From Tubiluchus corallicola (Eukaryota > Animalia > Priapulida), in NCBI GenBank assembly GCA_030141605.1, contig JAQGDQ010000189.1, positions 355,217 to 419,216 of the forward strand: a DNA stretch of 64,000 nt, written 5' to 3'. Position numbers and translations under genes: made by a program. Under the pieces are notes generated by a model, which was not told the origin of the DNA, made no database searches, and saw only the letters and a list, made by a program, of their open reading frames with translations. This document shows positions 38,948 through 52,116 of this stretch, in pieces. Each line of letters begins with the position of its first letter. Position 1 is the stretch's first letter.

Positions 38948-41900
38948 CTGCCATAAAAAACAACATTTAGACAAAACTGTTAAAGGAAAACTGGATCAAA
39001 TGTTACACTATAGTTCAACATAACCTGACCTATTAAATATTGAAAGAGAGCATTCCTTTTTTTTCCAAGAATAAAAAATTATTACCACAGAAACGTAATT
39101 TTGCATACGCGTCACTAGTTCTTTACCGTTACACGTATTTTACAATTTACTAACTACTAGTGGCTGCACATGTATGAAATGTGTTGCAAAAAACAGGTAC
39201 TGTACCTCTTAGTTCACAAGTGCTCAGTTGGGATGTAGTACACATATTTGAAAGATGGTGAGTGCGCATAGCGGCAAACTTGAAATTTTAATTTTAGACT
39301 TAAAATTCACCGAGTTTTTGTGTACAGTAGCGCTATACTTCAATTTCGCAGGCATGTGCAGCAAGCTCATGGAATGTACTGAAAATAATGCTCAGTTGTG
39401 AGGTCATCACTAATTGAGTTCGCCTGCCGTTAAATAAGTTTTCATCTAAGAATAGAAACGGTTTGTCATTAATACAGCTGTTAAACTGTCAACTGTTTAA
39501 TGTACTTCAAAATGGGGTAGGAAATGAAAAATCATTCTGTTTTATTTTAAGACCAAAACACAGAAAATTAAAATTCATAATCATTTTCTGAAAAGAAGCG
39601 AATTCATGAATTAGTTTCGCATTTTTACTACTGTATTACTGCGCTATTCTTAGGTTAACTACACTTACGTCAAACTGGTGAAATATTCTAATCAGAACGG
39701 CTCTCCAGTGGTCCAGCAAAACTTCCACGAGTCCGGGTAAATGGTGTAAGCTAAAGTAAGTGACGGTGCTGTCATCAAACAGTAATATGGACAGTGTGTC
39801 CAACGCCCACGTACTCTCAGCGATCTGTCCCGATTTAAGCGCCATCATGAGCCGCCAAGCCTCGACAGGTCCTAAAAGATTAAGTTATTTTGCATGAAAA
39901 AACAACGCAGGGTTCCCACAGAATTTTAAAATAAATTTCCCTGAATTTTCCCTGACCAAATATTGATTTTCCATGACCAAGATAAGCAGAAATTGCATTA
40001 CCAATATACATATTCAAACATTTTTGCGTATGGACATTCATACATAATAATAATAATGTGATATATAATGTGTCGGCACGGCTGCAGAGGTGCTAACGAA
40101 GTTACACTAATCACACTAAATAAACTTTCTTAATTCAATTATTATTTTTGGAACAGAAATCGAAACTGGGAGCCTATCATAGCAAAATTTCATTTGAACA
40201 CGAACTGCTGAAAAATATGTTTGGAAAACTATCGGTTTACGGTGATCATTTTTGCAACTCTTTCCAATTTCCCCGACTTTTCGCCCCATTTTCATCCAAT
40301 TCTTGACCAAATAATCTTTTTCCCTGACTTTCCAGGATAGGCTGTATTTTCAAGGATTTTTCCTAAACGCGGGAACCCTGAAATGCTTCGCGCATATTCT
40401 ACATTAATGTCATACAAAATTACAAACACTAAGCTTTAATGGCTTTTGCCACAGTAAATTTTAATGCTACTATAGTTACACTAACGTTACCATAGTTACA
40501 CTAACTTTACCATAGTTACCATAGCTACACTAACGTTACCATAGTTACACTAACTTTACCATAGTTACCATAGCTACACTAACTTTGCCATAGTAAATTT
40601 TGCAAGTTCAATTACCTAGATCACGTGACGTCACTCGTTTCCGCTTCACCAAAACCGGCTGCACAGATTCGACAGTTCCCGGTGGAAACATTTCTCTCGG
40701 AATTCTGGGATACGGTGGCATAGCGGCCATGTTAGCAGGATGCGGCTGAAATCATCAAGTATTTCGTGCAGAAAGGAAGTGACAAAGATTTTCTATGCAC
40801 AATGACACAGCAATAAAACAGGCTCTTGCTGGTATAGAATTTCAATAATGCTTCAAACACTAGTAAGACCACAATGGTAAAGTTTCAGCACTTAATGGAC
40901 AGTGGACAAGTATATGCAGTCATACAGTAACTGAATTGAAAGGCATAAGACTTTTCAGCAGACCTCTTCGGTGTCTACTTCTACAATTATACAGGGATGA
41001 GAATGACAAATTGCAAAAAACTCTGAAACAGGCCGGGGGTTTGGGGGCCACGTAGGCTCCCATGGGGCTGTGGGTTTAGGGGCCGCGTAGGCCCCATCGG
41101 GGCTCAAGGGGGGTGAAGTCCCCTTCGAGCCAGCAACAAATTGCAATTTTGTGACATAGAGAGCCTCTAACTGGACTTAAAATATCAATTACCTTGTTTC
41201 ATGCATAATTGAAAATACCCAACTATCAAGGATACACGATACCTAATTGTCTCAAAAACACCTAAGTATTGGCCGCAAAAACTGTCTGCAATTGACTCAA
41301 ATAACTCCGCACAATTGATTCTATATTTTTATACATAGAGATATACACGTGGTTACACTGATGTAAGTGATGTAAACAAAGTGACGCGCAAACTAGCGGT
41401 CAGCTTGTGAAATAATGTACTGGGTCCGTAAAAATTTCTTCAACGAATTTACGCGATTTACAAAAATGGCACTACTGGTTTTCTAAAAACTCGGAATTCC
41501 GCATATCCACGGAGAATTCTCATCATTGAATTATACCAAAATATTAGGTAAAAGCACAAAACTAAAATTACTGCTGATTACAAGAGTAGGCACCGAAGAG
41601 GCCTGTTGAAAAGTCTTATGCCTTTCAATTTAGTTACTGTATGACAACATATACTTGTGCACTCTGCGATAAATGCTGAAACTTTACCATCGTGGTCTTA
41701 GTAGTATTTAAAGCATTAAAGATACAAAAGAACTCAAATTTAGTCAACTTATGAAGCAAGGACGTACAATGAAATCATTCCGCTTTTTTGTAATCATTGG
41801 CATCTAATTAAAACCCTTTTGTTGCTAATACAATAGCATGCTATTTCTTTTACAAAAAAATTACAGTCTAATATTTTTAAAAACTAATTTACTAATTATT

Positions 41901-44900
41901 AATTTATTAATTTACTATTAATTTTATTATTATTATTATTATATATTATTATTAATTTTATTATTAATTTATTATTTTTAACAACCTAATACAACAGCAT
42001 GCTCTTTCTTTTATAAAAATATTACAATCTAATATTATTAAAAACTAATTTACTAAATTTAAGGAATTAGTGTTAAATTATGCTAACAGTTATATATGTT
42101 ATTTCACATTTCACATTAACTACAATGTGTGGTTATTATGAAGTTGAATGTCTGTAGATATGTTACTGTACTAATATCGCATTACCTGTTTTACTAACAT
42201 CTTTATCTTTGTAAACTGTATATTTTTATACGAAATAAACTCATAATAATAATAATAATAATAATAATAATTAAGTTTATACCTGCATTTTTAACGGCAT
42301 TCCGTAGCCAATCTTATCTCGAGGCGCCGGCGAAGACAGCTGAGCTTTTAGCTGGCTGTTGCTGCTACGAAATGAGGACATGTAGCTGCCTGGAGGACCT
42401 TGTCCGGGTGGATACTGACGCCAGTCTTGAGAGTAATCCGCATTCGGGTGTCCACCGTACTGATCTCGTGGCCAGCCTAAAAGTGACCAATGGTCAAAAT
42501 AACTACGCTGTACAAATCGAACATGTAGCTATAGAAAGTGCTAACTTGTCTCCCTGTTTTGCGATTTAGCTATAGCAAAATCTAGTGCTAACTTGTCTCG
42601 CTGTTTTGCAATTTAGCTACAGCAAAATCTAACACGTCGTCAGAATGCCAGCTTTTTTCCGGTGTATAAAGAGGTCAGGTTGCACTATTAAAGCTAAAAA
42701 GCATGGTAAGACTAACATTAACGAAGTGTGTCTAGATGTTTGCACAATTGCTGTAACATTCAGTCCCAGTGTTGTAAAATCAACACCACCAAATAATGGT
42801 TATCCGCTTTCTATAACAACAAGCAACATCCACAATTACGTAAATCCGCATTAATTTAGCAGTAGACATACCTCCTCGAGGCATCGACTGCCCTTTCCCG
42901 TACATTCCAGGCTGCCACTGTCTGTTGTACGTATCCGAGTCACCAGGAGCGCGCTTTTCAAAGTCGGGGTGCCGTTTGGCATGCCCATATGTATCTCGTC
43001 GGCTCTGTAAAAAACAGACAGCTGCATTAAGAAACCGGAAACGTGCGAATGACGTAGCAGTGCTTGAACACATCCAGATGAAGACAACAAGGGTCAAGGG
43101 GTGAGGAGAGATAGTGGGACTTATACGGACATTACAGGAAAGCACGCATCTTGAATGCGGTCACTAATGAATTAACTAATAACGAAGGCGGCATCTGTCC
43201 ACCACTAGGTGTCTCTAGTGGCGGCTGACAATACTGCTGAGCTGTTGCATCACGTAGATAAACATTTATTATGTCTAGGTCTTGCAAAATGTCAAAAACA
43301 ATTTTTACTTGTTTGTTCTCCCACTGCTGACTTGTCAGTTTAAAGTGTCTTGGCAGTTTTGCAGTATTTTAAGTAGTGCAGAGCAAAGTTACTAGCGAGA
43401 ATCTAACCCATTAAATATTCCAGTGGCTTAACGCAGCGTGAAGCTAACGTGTTTGACACCTGGCACAGTGGGACGAGCCTGTTCCGAAGTTGACTAGCTG
43501 CGATCGTTGTTAATTAGGTGTTGCGCACAAAAACGGGAGGAAGTGAGAGAGGAAGAGGGGTGGGGAAGAGTTTGTGTATGTGGGCACCGTGATATCAAAC
43601 ACAGAGCATAATAAGCAGGCTTAGCAAAGCAAGGTTAACGTACGGGCGACTTGGCAAGATCTTAAGAGCAACAAGCATTGGGGATCAAAACCAAAATAAA
43701 ACTCTTCAAATCACCGGTAAAGTCGATGTCAATGTATGGAAGAGATGTGTGGAAGATGAAGAAGAAGCTATTCAAATCACCGGTAAAGTCGATGTCAACG
43801 TATGGAAGAGATGTGTGGAAGACGATGAAGACGAAGAAGAAGCTCGACGCATTCCAGGAGCAAGTAACTGATCAGGTGATTGTAAACAGGCTACAAATAA
43901 ATGAGTGACAAACTTCACAGATAGAATTGAATTCGACACGTCCAGCAACGAAAAGGTGAGAACGATTGAGACAGCAGTGGACTAGACACCATAAAGAGGA
44001 ACAATGAGAGGAAGACAAAGAACAGCAATGAGAAGGACAGCGGAAGCGGAGAAGAGATGTGTAGATGGAAGAGCTGGAGAGAGGTAAAGCAGTGGCAAAG
44101 AACAGGAGGGTTTGGAGAAGGAGTGTCGTGGCCTTATGCGCCTCAGGCGTGGAGAAAACGAAGTTCAAAATGAATAAGCATTAACAACAGTAAAAAACCA
44201 TTAAGCGACAGACACGATACACTGAACACAAATTACGTCACTCAAGAAAGTTCAAATGACCACACCGTGCAAGAAAAATCACAAGTTTTCTAATCTTCAA
44301 ACATACTCACCTGATAAGAGCCGGGGTAATTTGGATAACCTTCCGGGCGCATGGGATACCGGCTAGAAGGGTAGTCTCGATTGTGCACTGGCACTCCGTT
44401 GTCGTACCTACGGAAGCAAAAAGAGCCGTTTAGCTTCGTCGACGGTTTGATTAAACTGGAATGAAACTAATCATTCAAAACTCTGACGATTAACAAACGT
44501 ACCGTGGAAATTGTGAAAAAACAAGATAAGATAAGAAAAGATATTTGTTGGTGTCAAGCAATTTAATCTAGCATTCTATAATTATTTGTTTTCTTTTCGT
44601 ATTTTTACAAACATGCACTTCCTGAAAGTGTTTAAAACGAAGCCAGCCTTAGTCATGTGACCTAAGCTTTAGTAGTATACGCCACCTATCAATCACTCTT
44701 GTTTTTATACGTAGTTAGATTTTCTGTTGCCGCTATGCTGATCATGCCGTTTGGTGATACTTGCTTTGCTTTGTCTATTTTGTCACAATTTAATAGTCAC
44801 TAGTTGTATTTTCAAGCCAAAGTTGTCACCAGTAAATGTAAGTCACCATATACTTTAATAATTAGTTAATAGTTTATATTGGTTAGAATTGCTTCAAATG

Positions 44901-47900
44901 TCTAGAATCATAAAGTAATAATTTGTGTTTCGGTCTTCTTAAATCTAATTTTTTATTTTGTCTAAATAGTAATAACCTTTAGCATATTCTTAAGCACTTT
45001 TTGTGATCTGTCATTTAAATAAATTGCAGGTCTATCGCACAGTTCAATACTGATTTTTGCCGTTTCTTTGCCTGGACTGGGCACATCCACAATATTTATT
45101 CTGGATAACTTGACTGAGCAAAGCTTGTTTACAACTGACTGGTGCACTGTTTGCGAACAACATTCTGGGCTACTATAAAAAAATACCAAGAAACTTTGCA
45201 GCCAAAAAGACATTGATCGCAAACGCGTCAAGTTGCCTGCAAACTATCGATATATAATTGTTAAATACCTTAAGTTGAACGTTGCAAGTTCTGTAAATGG
45301 TAGTGAAAAACCACAATAACTTTTCGTAAATTTTACTAAAAAGTCAACTGCCGAGGTGTTCACGTGTTCAAATTACAGAGGCTTGAATTCTTCCATATCT
45401 AATCTGCTTGTAACATAATAGTGAAAACTAATAGTTATGACGTAAATGCTATGCATAGTGCGAATGAAATAGCCATCCTACCTTTGATTATCATACTGGT
45501 TGCCGTAACTAGGATACGATGATGGCTTGTTGACATTGATGAACCTGCCGTACTGATCACGGGAGTAGTTATCACTTGGTTTAGTAAGTGGAGCCTGTGG
45601 ACCACCTTGATCACCAGCTAAAAAAACATTAAACTGCTAGTTACAACAAGGTAAAAACTACAACAATGATGTACTATTACCACCTTCAAGTTTTAGTAAA
45701 TACATGACAAACATAATAATTTTAGCAGCATTACTAGAGGCTGAAGTTGCTATTACATCAGCTGACTCACACAGTAAATCAGCTTGGCGGAGGTTGACTT
45801 TTCAGCTGAGTTGGCTTAAAGAAAAAATGAGCTAAGTCAGCTAAAGCTACAAATTTTTGTTAAATAGTTTGTGTTGCTTATACACAGAGAAAAGCTGATG
45901 TACAAATTTAAATAATGCCTAAGAGATCAATTCTTTATTATGATAAAAAAGCAATGGATTTAATGCAAATATAATTTAAATTCAACTCTTGGCGAGGCTT
46001 ATCTTGATTACCGATGAATCGATACCAAAACGCCAAAATTACCCATAAGTGTGACTAATGTCGCCTGTTTGTGTATTTAATTTTGAATTGACCAGCTTTC
46101 TTGTTCAAAATTTCTAACGTTTAGTATCTCTGCCAGCACACGCACAATCTGACCGCGAATCAGCATTGCGTTTGCCATATTTCAACCAGTGATTTGCAGT
46201 GTCACGTGATTATCGCAAGAGCGAAGATCTTCGCAGCCGGCAAAAATGTCGGCTAACTCAACTCCCATCACTGAGCGGTTGGCGCGACTAAAGCTGAGTT
46301 TCTTATCGGCTGGGTCGACTGTGGAAACAAACCGGCTGGAGTTCAGTTGAAACGGCGCGGCTCTTGCCTCTATGGCTAATGCTACACGGCACGGCAAGTT
46401 ACAGAAAGTACATATTGTTACACTTACCATATGAAGACGTAGTGGATGTTTTCTGTCCCATCGCCGAATGTGCAAAAGAGCCTCTATTTTGCATCGAAGG
46501 AGGTCCCATGCTGGACATGGCTGAAGATGCATTGATACTTGATGAACTTGCTAATCCATTATCGAGCGATGGTATAGCAGCGCTTGCACCCGACGGGGTC
46601 CTAAATCGTTGCATACTTGGTGGATCATCAGCGAACGGATCCTGAACACAGATGCTTTCTTTAAGCGGAGTACTGCCTGCTATTGGTACCAAATTGTCCG
46701 GCACGGGCGACTGTGACTGGGAAACGTCTCTAGGAGAACCCGGTACGTTTGTAGGAGCCGATGGAGTAGAAGTGTTCGGTGACATGGCCCAATTCTGTCC
46801 CGCAGAAGCCGCACTTTCGGTTTGCGGCGCCGGAGACATGTTGGCTTGAGAAGACGGAACGTCTTCCAGTCCCGGCGGAATTTGCGGTGCGTTCGGTTGA
46901 GGATAATGAGCGGAAACCTGTTGGGATGACTGGCTGATGGTATTGCTTGACGGCACGTTTGTGGCAGACGAATGCGGAGTGCCGGACAGACTCGAGGGTG
47001 ACATGACCATTTGTGACACGTTTGTTGTGGGAATATTACCAACAGAAGTCGGCAGCCTCTCCGGCAGGGATGGTGACTGAGGAAGCATACCACCCATTGA
47101 TGAGGGAATACTCGGCTGCGCAGACATACTTGTGCTAGACGGTGGCATGGGCATAGCAGACGATGGCAGGTTAGCCATATTTGCTGCCGTATGAGACATG
47201 GACATACTAGAAGGTGGAATATTGACCATACTAGATGGCGGTACCTGAGGTACACCTGTGCGGGACATGTGCGACATGTCATTCACATCACCGTACGGCA
47301 TGCCAGTCGGCTGCTGATACTGAACCATACTGTTCTGCATGTGCTGACCTCTATCTGGATAACCCATACTTTGCATACGATCTGCCGGGTAGTTCATGGA
47401 ATTGGGAGGCGGATGCATTGTGCGACCATAGCTAAGATTACCGGGCATATTACGCTCGTAGCCCATACTATTACTAGGGGGCATGCCGCGATCTCCATAC
47501 GGTGGCATGACTTGCCTGTCGTAGCCCATTCCGCCAGGTGGCATCATGCTGTTACCCACGGCATTCATAGGCATGCCCATGCTATTGCTCATGTGCGGTT
47601 GACCTTGACCGTACATGTGCGGTTGGTTATAGTCCATAGCAGTTCCAGGCGGCGGGTACGGTCCGTAACCATCCATGCTTTGATTGCCGTACGGAAAGGA
47701 GTCTTGGGAGTTTGACGAGCCGGCTAGAAATAAAGAGTTAACGAGTTGAACTTACAGAGACACGGCAGCATTTTAAATGACAATAAAACAAAGAAAAGAT
47801 ACAGACAAGGAAGCCATTGTCCAGGAAGTGAACAGGTAAGAAGCCTTGTTTGAACTCTACTAAACGTCACGTTTCATTGGTGAGAACATTTACCAGATGT

Positions 47901-50900
47901 TAAAAACTGTCTGTTGAAGCCATATTGTAATATTTCTTCTACAGACAAGGAAGCCATTGTCCAGGAAGTGAAAAGGTAAGAAGCCTTGTTTGAACTCTAC
48001 TAAACGTCACGTTTATCAGATGTTAAAAACTGTCTGATGAAGCCATATTGCAATATTTCTTATTCAATAAATATGTGTTTATAAACTAATACGTCTTTTC
48101 ATAGTTTTATTGAGTGCACCGCAGCATCACGTCTTACCTACAACCATTATATGGGTAAAACAGAACCGTCTGCCGCATCAGTTCAGTAACTTCAGTTATT
48201 TTACATGGAGTTAATTATGCATTAGTCTGTGCATTATGCATGAGCTTTCTTATAATTCAATTCAAAATTCAGTTCAAAGCTTTCTCACATGTGTTCCCAC
48301 CAACTAGTGAAACTGATCTGATACTGTAACACAAAAGGTGTTGCACACCACAAGCACTTGCATCACAAGGTGTTAAGAAATTAACACACCACAAATAGTT
48401 ACTGCAACTGTTGCACATAGCAGGATCATGCTTGGAAGCAAGAAAAAATGAAATAGGTAAGATTCTAGCTAGCTGTTAAAACTGTTACTATTACAATAGC
48501 TTAGGCGGTGAGGCGTTGCCAATTGTACAAAAATGAGTTGTCTGGTACACTTAACCTTTGACCTTTTCACGATCATCATCAATCACTGGAACCGTGAAAG
48601 CACTTCCAGTTGTCAAGATTAATATGCGAATGTAAAACTAGGCAGCCAATTTCACTGAACTGTTTAGAAAAGCCAAATCATAATCTTTTCTCAAATTACA
48701 AAACACTAATAACTAATCTTACCTGGAGATGGCGCCGGGTGATGCGACTGATTCTTCTTACTACGAGACGACTGAGATTCTAACTGCGCTAAAACGGTCT
48801 GAGGATCCACTCCGCCGTGGTCAAATTTGCAGCTAAACGGAAGCAAGTGCTTGACGTAATGCTTGCGCACCGTGTAGGCGGCGCTGGCCGACACGCTCAC
48901 ATTGAGCACTTGAGCTATATCCTTCCAAAGTTTTGACTTAGTAACCTAGAGCAGAAAACAGTCTGTTGGTCAAGTTCCAATGTTTTTACTGTAAATTACA
49001 CCAAAGAAAACTTCTCGGTTTAAAGCAAAACCGGATCCAATCAAAACAATCTACTCTTTAAAATATTCATACTATTTTACATACACATACTATTTTTTCA
49101 AAAACGACTTACGTGAAAGAATTATTACCGCACAAACACAATTTCACGTTTTCACCACTAGTTCTTCGCTGCTATATAGTTTTCGCCATTAATCGGACAC
49201 TAGCACCTACATTTTGGAAACATAATGCACAAAAACAGGTGTTGTACCTCTCAGTTCAGATGTGTTAGTTTGTGATGAACTACACACGTTCTAGGAAACA
49301 TATTGCACAAAAACAGGTGTTGTACTTCTCAGTTCAGATGTGTTAGTTTGCGATGAACTACACACGTTCTAGAGCTCGTGCGTGAGCACAGCGGTAAATT
49401 TGAAATTTTATCTCTTAAAACTAGTACGCTTATAGTAAAATTTATGCTTAGTACAAAACACTGATACCTTACAGTAGCACTGTACTTTAATTTCGCTTTG
49501 GCAAACACGTGCAACCCGCTCGTGGAATATTTCTGCTGTTGAAAATTACGTTAGTTTGTGATGTCATCAATAGTTGGACTCGCCCGTCCTTAATTAAGTT
49601 TTTTATCTATTATTTAATTATCAGAAATGCTTTTACACTATTAATTGTACTAAACTGTACACTTTTTATCGGACTTGAAAATCGGGTAGTATAAGAAAAA
49701 TCATCCTGTCTTTCTTCAAAAAAGCATGCAAGCAACTGCTAAGGAGATCACTCACCTCTAGGAAACCACCTCGTTCTCGAACAGCTAAATATAATTTAAA
49801 CAGATCAATCTGATTTTTATTGATCGTTGGACAACTAGTGATTGGTGTTCGTATTTCCTCCATGTAGCCGAACAAGCGGTCCAAAAACGGCTTCCGTTCG
49901 GCCTCGGGTCCCAACTCGTAAAGTTTGGCCAAGCTTTCCGAGCGCTAGAATTAGAAAAGGAAAATAATCATTTCTGCGCAAAGAACGACTTCACAAAGCA
50001 GGTGTTATAAAATTAAATATCAAATTCATATTTGTCGATTAAAATTATTTGACAAAGTTTGTAAAGGATTTCGAAAGGAGATGAGTTAATTAATTACAGA
50101 TTTGTTTAACAAACAAAGTAAACATTTTTGTTTATGATATAAACAAAGTAAATAGCAACTTATAAAACTGTATACATTAATGTTTTATATACATATGTGT
50201 GTGTATAAATATGTTTTAAGAAAAGCGAAACAACTTAGATATTACGAAATTGCTAGTACACAGATAATATACACTGCATAACACTGGGTTAATGAAATGC
50301 TAACTCCAATTTTTCAAAACCATTGCAACGAGTAAACGATCAAACACAAGAACACGTCAACAAAAGAACAAGAAGCCACACAAAAAAAGTACAGGAGTTT
50401 AAGAAAGCATTTAGCCATCGTATGTCCTTCCACTCCACTGACTTCTGTAGCTGACGGTGGCGAACTTCGACGAACGTCTGATAGGCATGCTCTTATCAGA
50501 CCACGCAGGGTTTCTAATCTGGGTTAAAAGATCTGCCTACAAAGACAGCTGACCAATGATAGTTTAAATGTAACCGCCATGCAAACCTAGGACAACTAAG
50601 AGCAGCAAAACTCCATCAATGACAATAAACAGGTTAGTAAAACAACAGCCTATATTATCTCACGTTCGTTTCAAATTCGAACATCAAAAGTACGAAATTT
50701 TCGCTCAAGCAAATGATCACTAAATTAGCTAGTTGTGATAAAGGTTAAAAGCTGCCAGCCAATCAATGCCATGCAAAATGCGTAAATGATGCCTGCCACT
50801 AAAACATCTGAACATTTGGTAATTTCCGTCAAACTGATGACGTCCCGTCAGCAGCTTCTTCGCACACGGGTTCTCTCCAAACGATGCGCAGAATGTTCAG

Positions 50901-52078
50901 ATGTAGATTTAACGGCGCACGGGTTAGGCGAATACCAAACTCGAAGCAATGTTAAGCTATGTAAATACAGCAGCAGCCAAGAAAAAGCGACAATATCAAA
51001 AACTGCGAATCTATACTTTTCGCCGGTAGTACGACTTGGCTCCCCTTGGCTGATCGTCCGACATTCCACCGTAAATCTGGTCAGCATTAGAAGTGAATGA
51101 AAGGTCATTAGTATTACGACAGAAGAGAAAAAAAGGAAAACTAGACAACTACAGCAACTGCTTACTAGTTATTATAAATAACGACTCATAAAAATGTTCG
51201 TTTTCTAGACACAGGGATGAGAATGACAAATTGCAAAAAACTCTGAAACAGGCCGTGGGTTTAGGGGCCGCGTAGGCTCCCGTGGGGGCTCAAGGGGGGT
51301 GAAGTCCCCTTCGAGCAAGCAACAAATTGCAATTTTGTGACCATAGAGAGCCTCTTAAAATAACAGTTACCTTGTTTCATGCATAATTTAAAATATCCAA
51401 CTATCAAGGATACATGATACCTAATTGTCTCAAAAACGCCTAAGTACTGGCCACTCCTATGCAAAAGTATATAAAAACTGTCTGCAATTGACTCAAATAA
51501 CTCCGCACAATTGATTGTATATTTTTATACATAAAGATATACATGTGGTTACACTGATGTACGTGATGTAAACAAAATGACGGCCTGCCAACTAGCGGTC
51601 AGCTTGTGAAATAATGTACTGGGTCCGTAAAAATTTTCTCAACGAATTTAAGCAATTTATAAAAATGGCACTACTGGTCTTCCAAAAACTCTGATTTCCG
51701 CGTATTCGTGGAAAATTCTCATCCCTGTAGACAAATACATTTCTAAGCAAGTGATTATGAATAGATTACAGCAAAGTAGAGAATGGATAATTTGTTGTCA
51801 AACCCAGATTGTTCAATTCTTTATTTTAGGTTTTTCCATCGAACTGTATGACACGAATCGATAAATGATATTTTGAAAGAAATTTATAAGAAGTAGATAC
51901 AGCATGCACGAACAACGCAACAGCTTTAAACTAAGCACCATGCAGCAACAGCGGCAACCTTTGAATGTCGACAACCACGGTCGACAATCTACATTTACAT
52001 TAAAAAGAAAAAACGTCGAAATCAAATGAAAATTCCACAAATTTACATTCAGAACAAAATGAAAATAAAATTAGTGTG

Positions 52079-52116
<38 letters not shown>

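Noticed and set aside
37155-38956. Plus-strand ORFs overlapping the last ARID1 exon
   Set aside because: Antisense shadows of a GC-richer coding exon.
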